DNA of 62,937 bases, filler included, from Octopus bimaculoides (taxonomy: Eukaryota), in NCBI RefSeq assembly GCF_001194135.2. It is 5 parts of 5 records of this genome, joined end to end, with 100 filler letters (N's around TTAATTAATTAA, not from the genome) between each part and the next. Parts side by side here need not be neighbours in the genome. Positions count along the whole stretch, not along the records: positions 60,129 to 62,937 come from NC_068998.1; 4 more parts are not named here. One strand, written 5' to 3'. This document shows positions 62,140 to 62,937 of this stretch, piece by piece. Position 1 is the stretch's first letter. Every line of letters starts with the position of its first letter. The notes below the pieces were generated by a model that worked only from the letters and a program-made list of their open reading frames with translations, was not told the origin of the DNA and searched no databases. The translations under genes were made by a program, and so were the position numbers.

Positions 62140-62408
62140 CGCCGACATTTACGTCGAATGGGTTCCAATTGCTCTAATCGACGGAGCTGTTTTCTCTCGA
62201 AATTAATGTGCAAGTGGCTGAGTATACAACAGACACTGGTACACAATAGGCTGACCCTTTGAAATACAAGTACGACACGATTTTGTCAGCTAAGTGGACT
62301 GGAGCAACGTAAAAATTAAAGTGTCTTGCACAAGCACACAATGTGCCGCCTGGAATCGACCTTACGATCGTGTGCCGATAACCCTAACCACTGAGCCACG
62401 CACCTTCA
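62140..62408 (-). mobile_element. SINE family B (diverged)
   Basis: aattaatgtgcaagtggctgag...gtggactggagcaacg...ccctaaccactgagccacgcaccttc. Confidence 0.8.
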
Positions 62409-62889
62409 TACATGCAAAATAAATGCAAATACATACAAACGTGTATGCATGTATGTGTATGTGTGTATGTATGTATATATATATGTGTGTGTGTGTGTGT
62501 GTTTATATATATATATTTCAATGTTTTATTCTTTGAAGACATTCTCCACTCACGATTTCGAACCGTACATTTTTTTTTTCATTCGCGAAAGCTTTAAATT
62601 ATTTCCGTTCTAACCTGTTAGATGAGCCAACAGCCCCTTTCCCATTGTTTCAGCCCTGATCGCTTTTTCCTAGTTTTTTTTTCTCTTCCATTTGTCTTCT
62701 TTTCTGATACATCCTTTTATTTTTTCTATTATTTTCAGCACAGAAACACGAACCACGCCCCGCAGTATTCACACCAGAAGGTGTTTGCAGATGTTTTCCT
62801 GTTGGATAACGGCTTCTTCATAACACACGTACATACATATACACACGTATACACACACATACATATACACACGTATACACACACATACT

Positions 62890-62937
<48 letters not shown>

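Overview
This is a 63-kb, AT-rich, gapped animal scaffold saturated with repeats. The SINE families and the (TA/CA/TACA/AAT)n density suggest a cephalopod, probably Octopus (inference, not proven). I could not support any host protein-coding exon, true tRNA/rRNA gene or CRISPR array, and almost all ORF-track entries are microsatellite or N-gap artefacts. The window holds: (1) three tRNA-derived SINE families in many copies; (2) a near-full-length decayed APE-RT LINE with a CCCH-like ORF1; (3) fragments of L1/Tx1-, RTE- and R4/Dong-like LINEs; (4) two Helitrons, one with intact termini; (5) several Tc1/mariner and pogo/Tigger relics, including a whole 1.34-kb mariner; (6) Penelope-like element (PLE) pieces, including a GIY-YIG endonuclease. 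The main unannotated signal is eight hammerhead-ribozyme (HHR)-type motifs read directly from the sequence. Two are canonical (5560-5630, 25541-25592), two are A6U variants in PLE tails, one lies in a tRNA-headed non-coding element with an inverted tail copy (42605-42930), one degenerate motif sits at the apex of a ~120-bp-arm fold-back (3517-3800), and two others are decayed. Repeat boundaries are approximate (+/-20 bp) unless termini are quoted. Family assignments come from motif recognition, not database searches.
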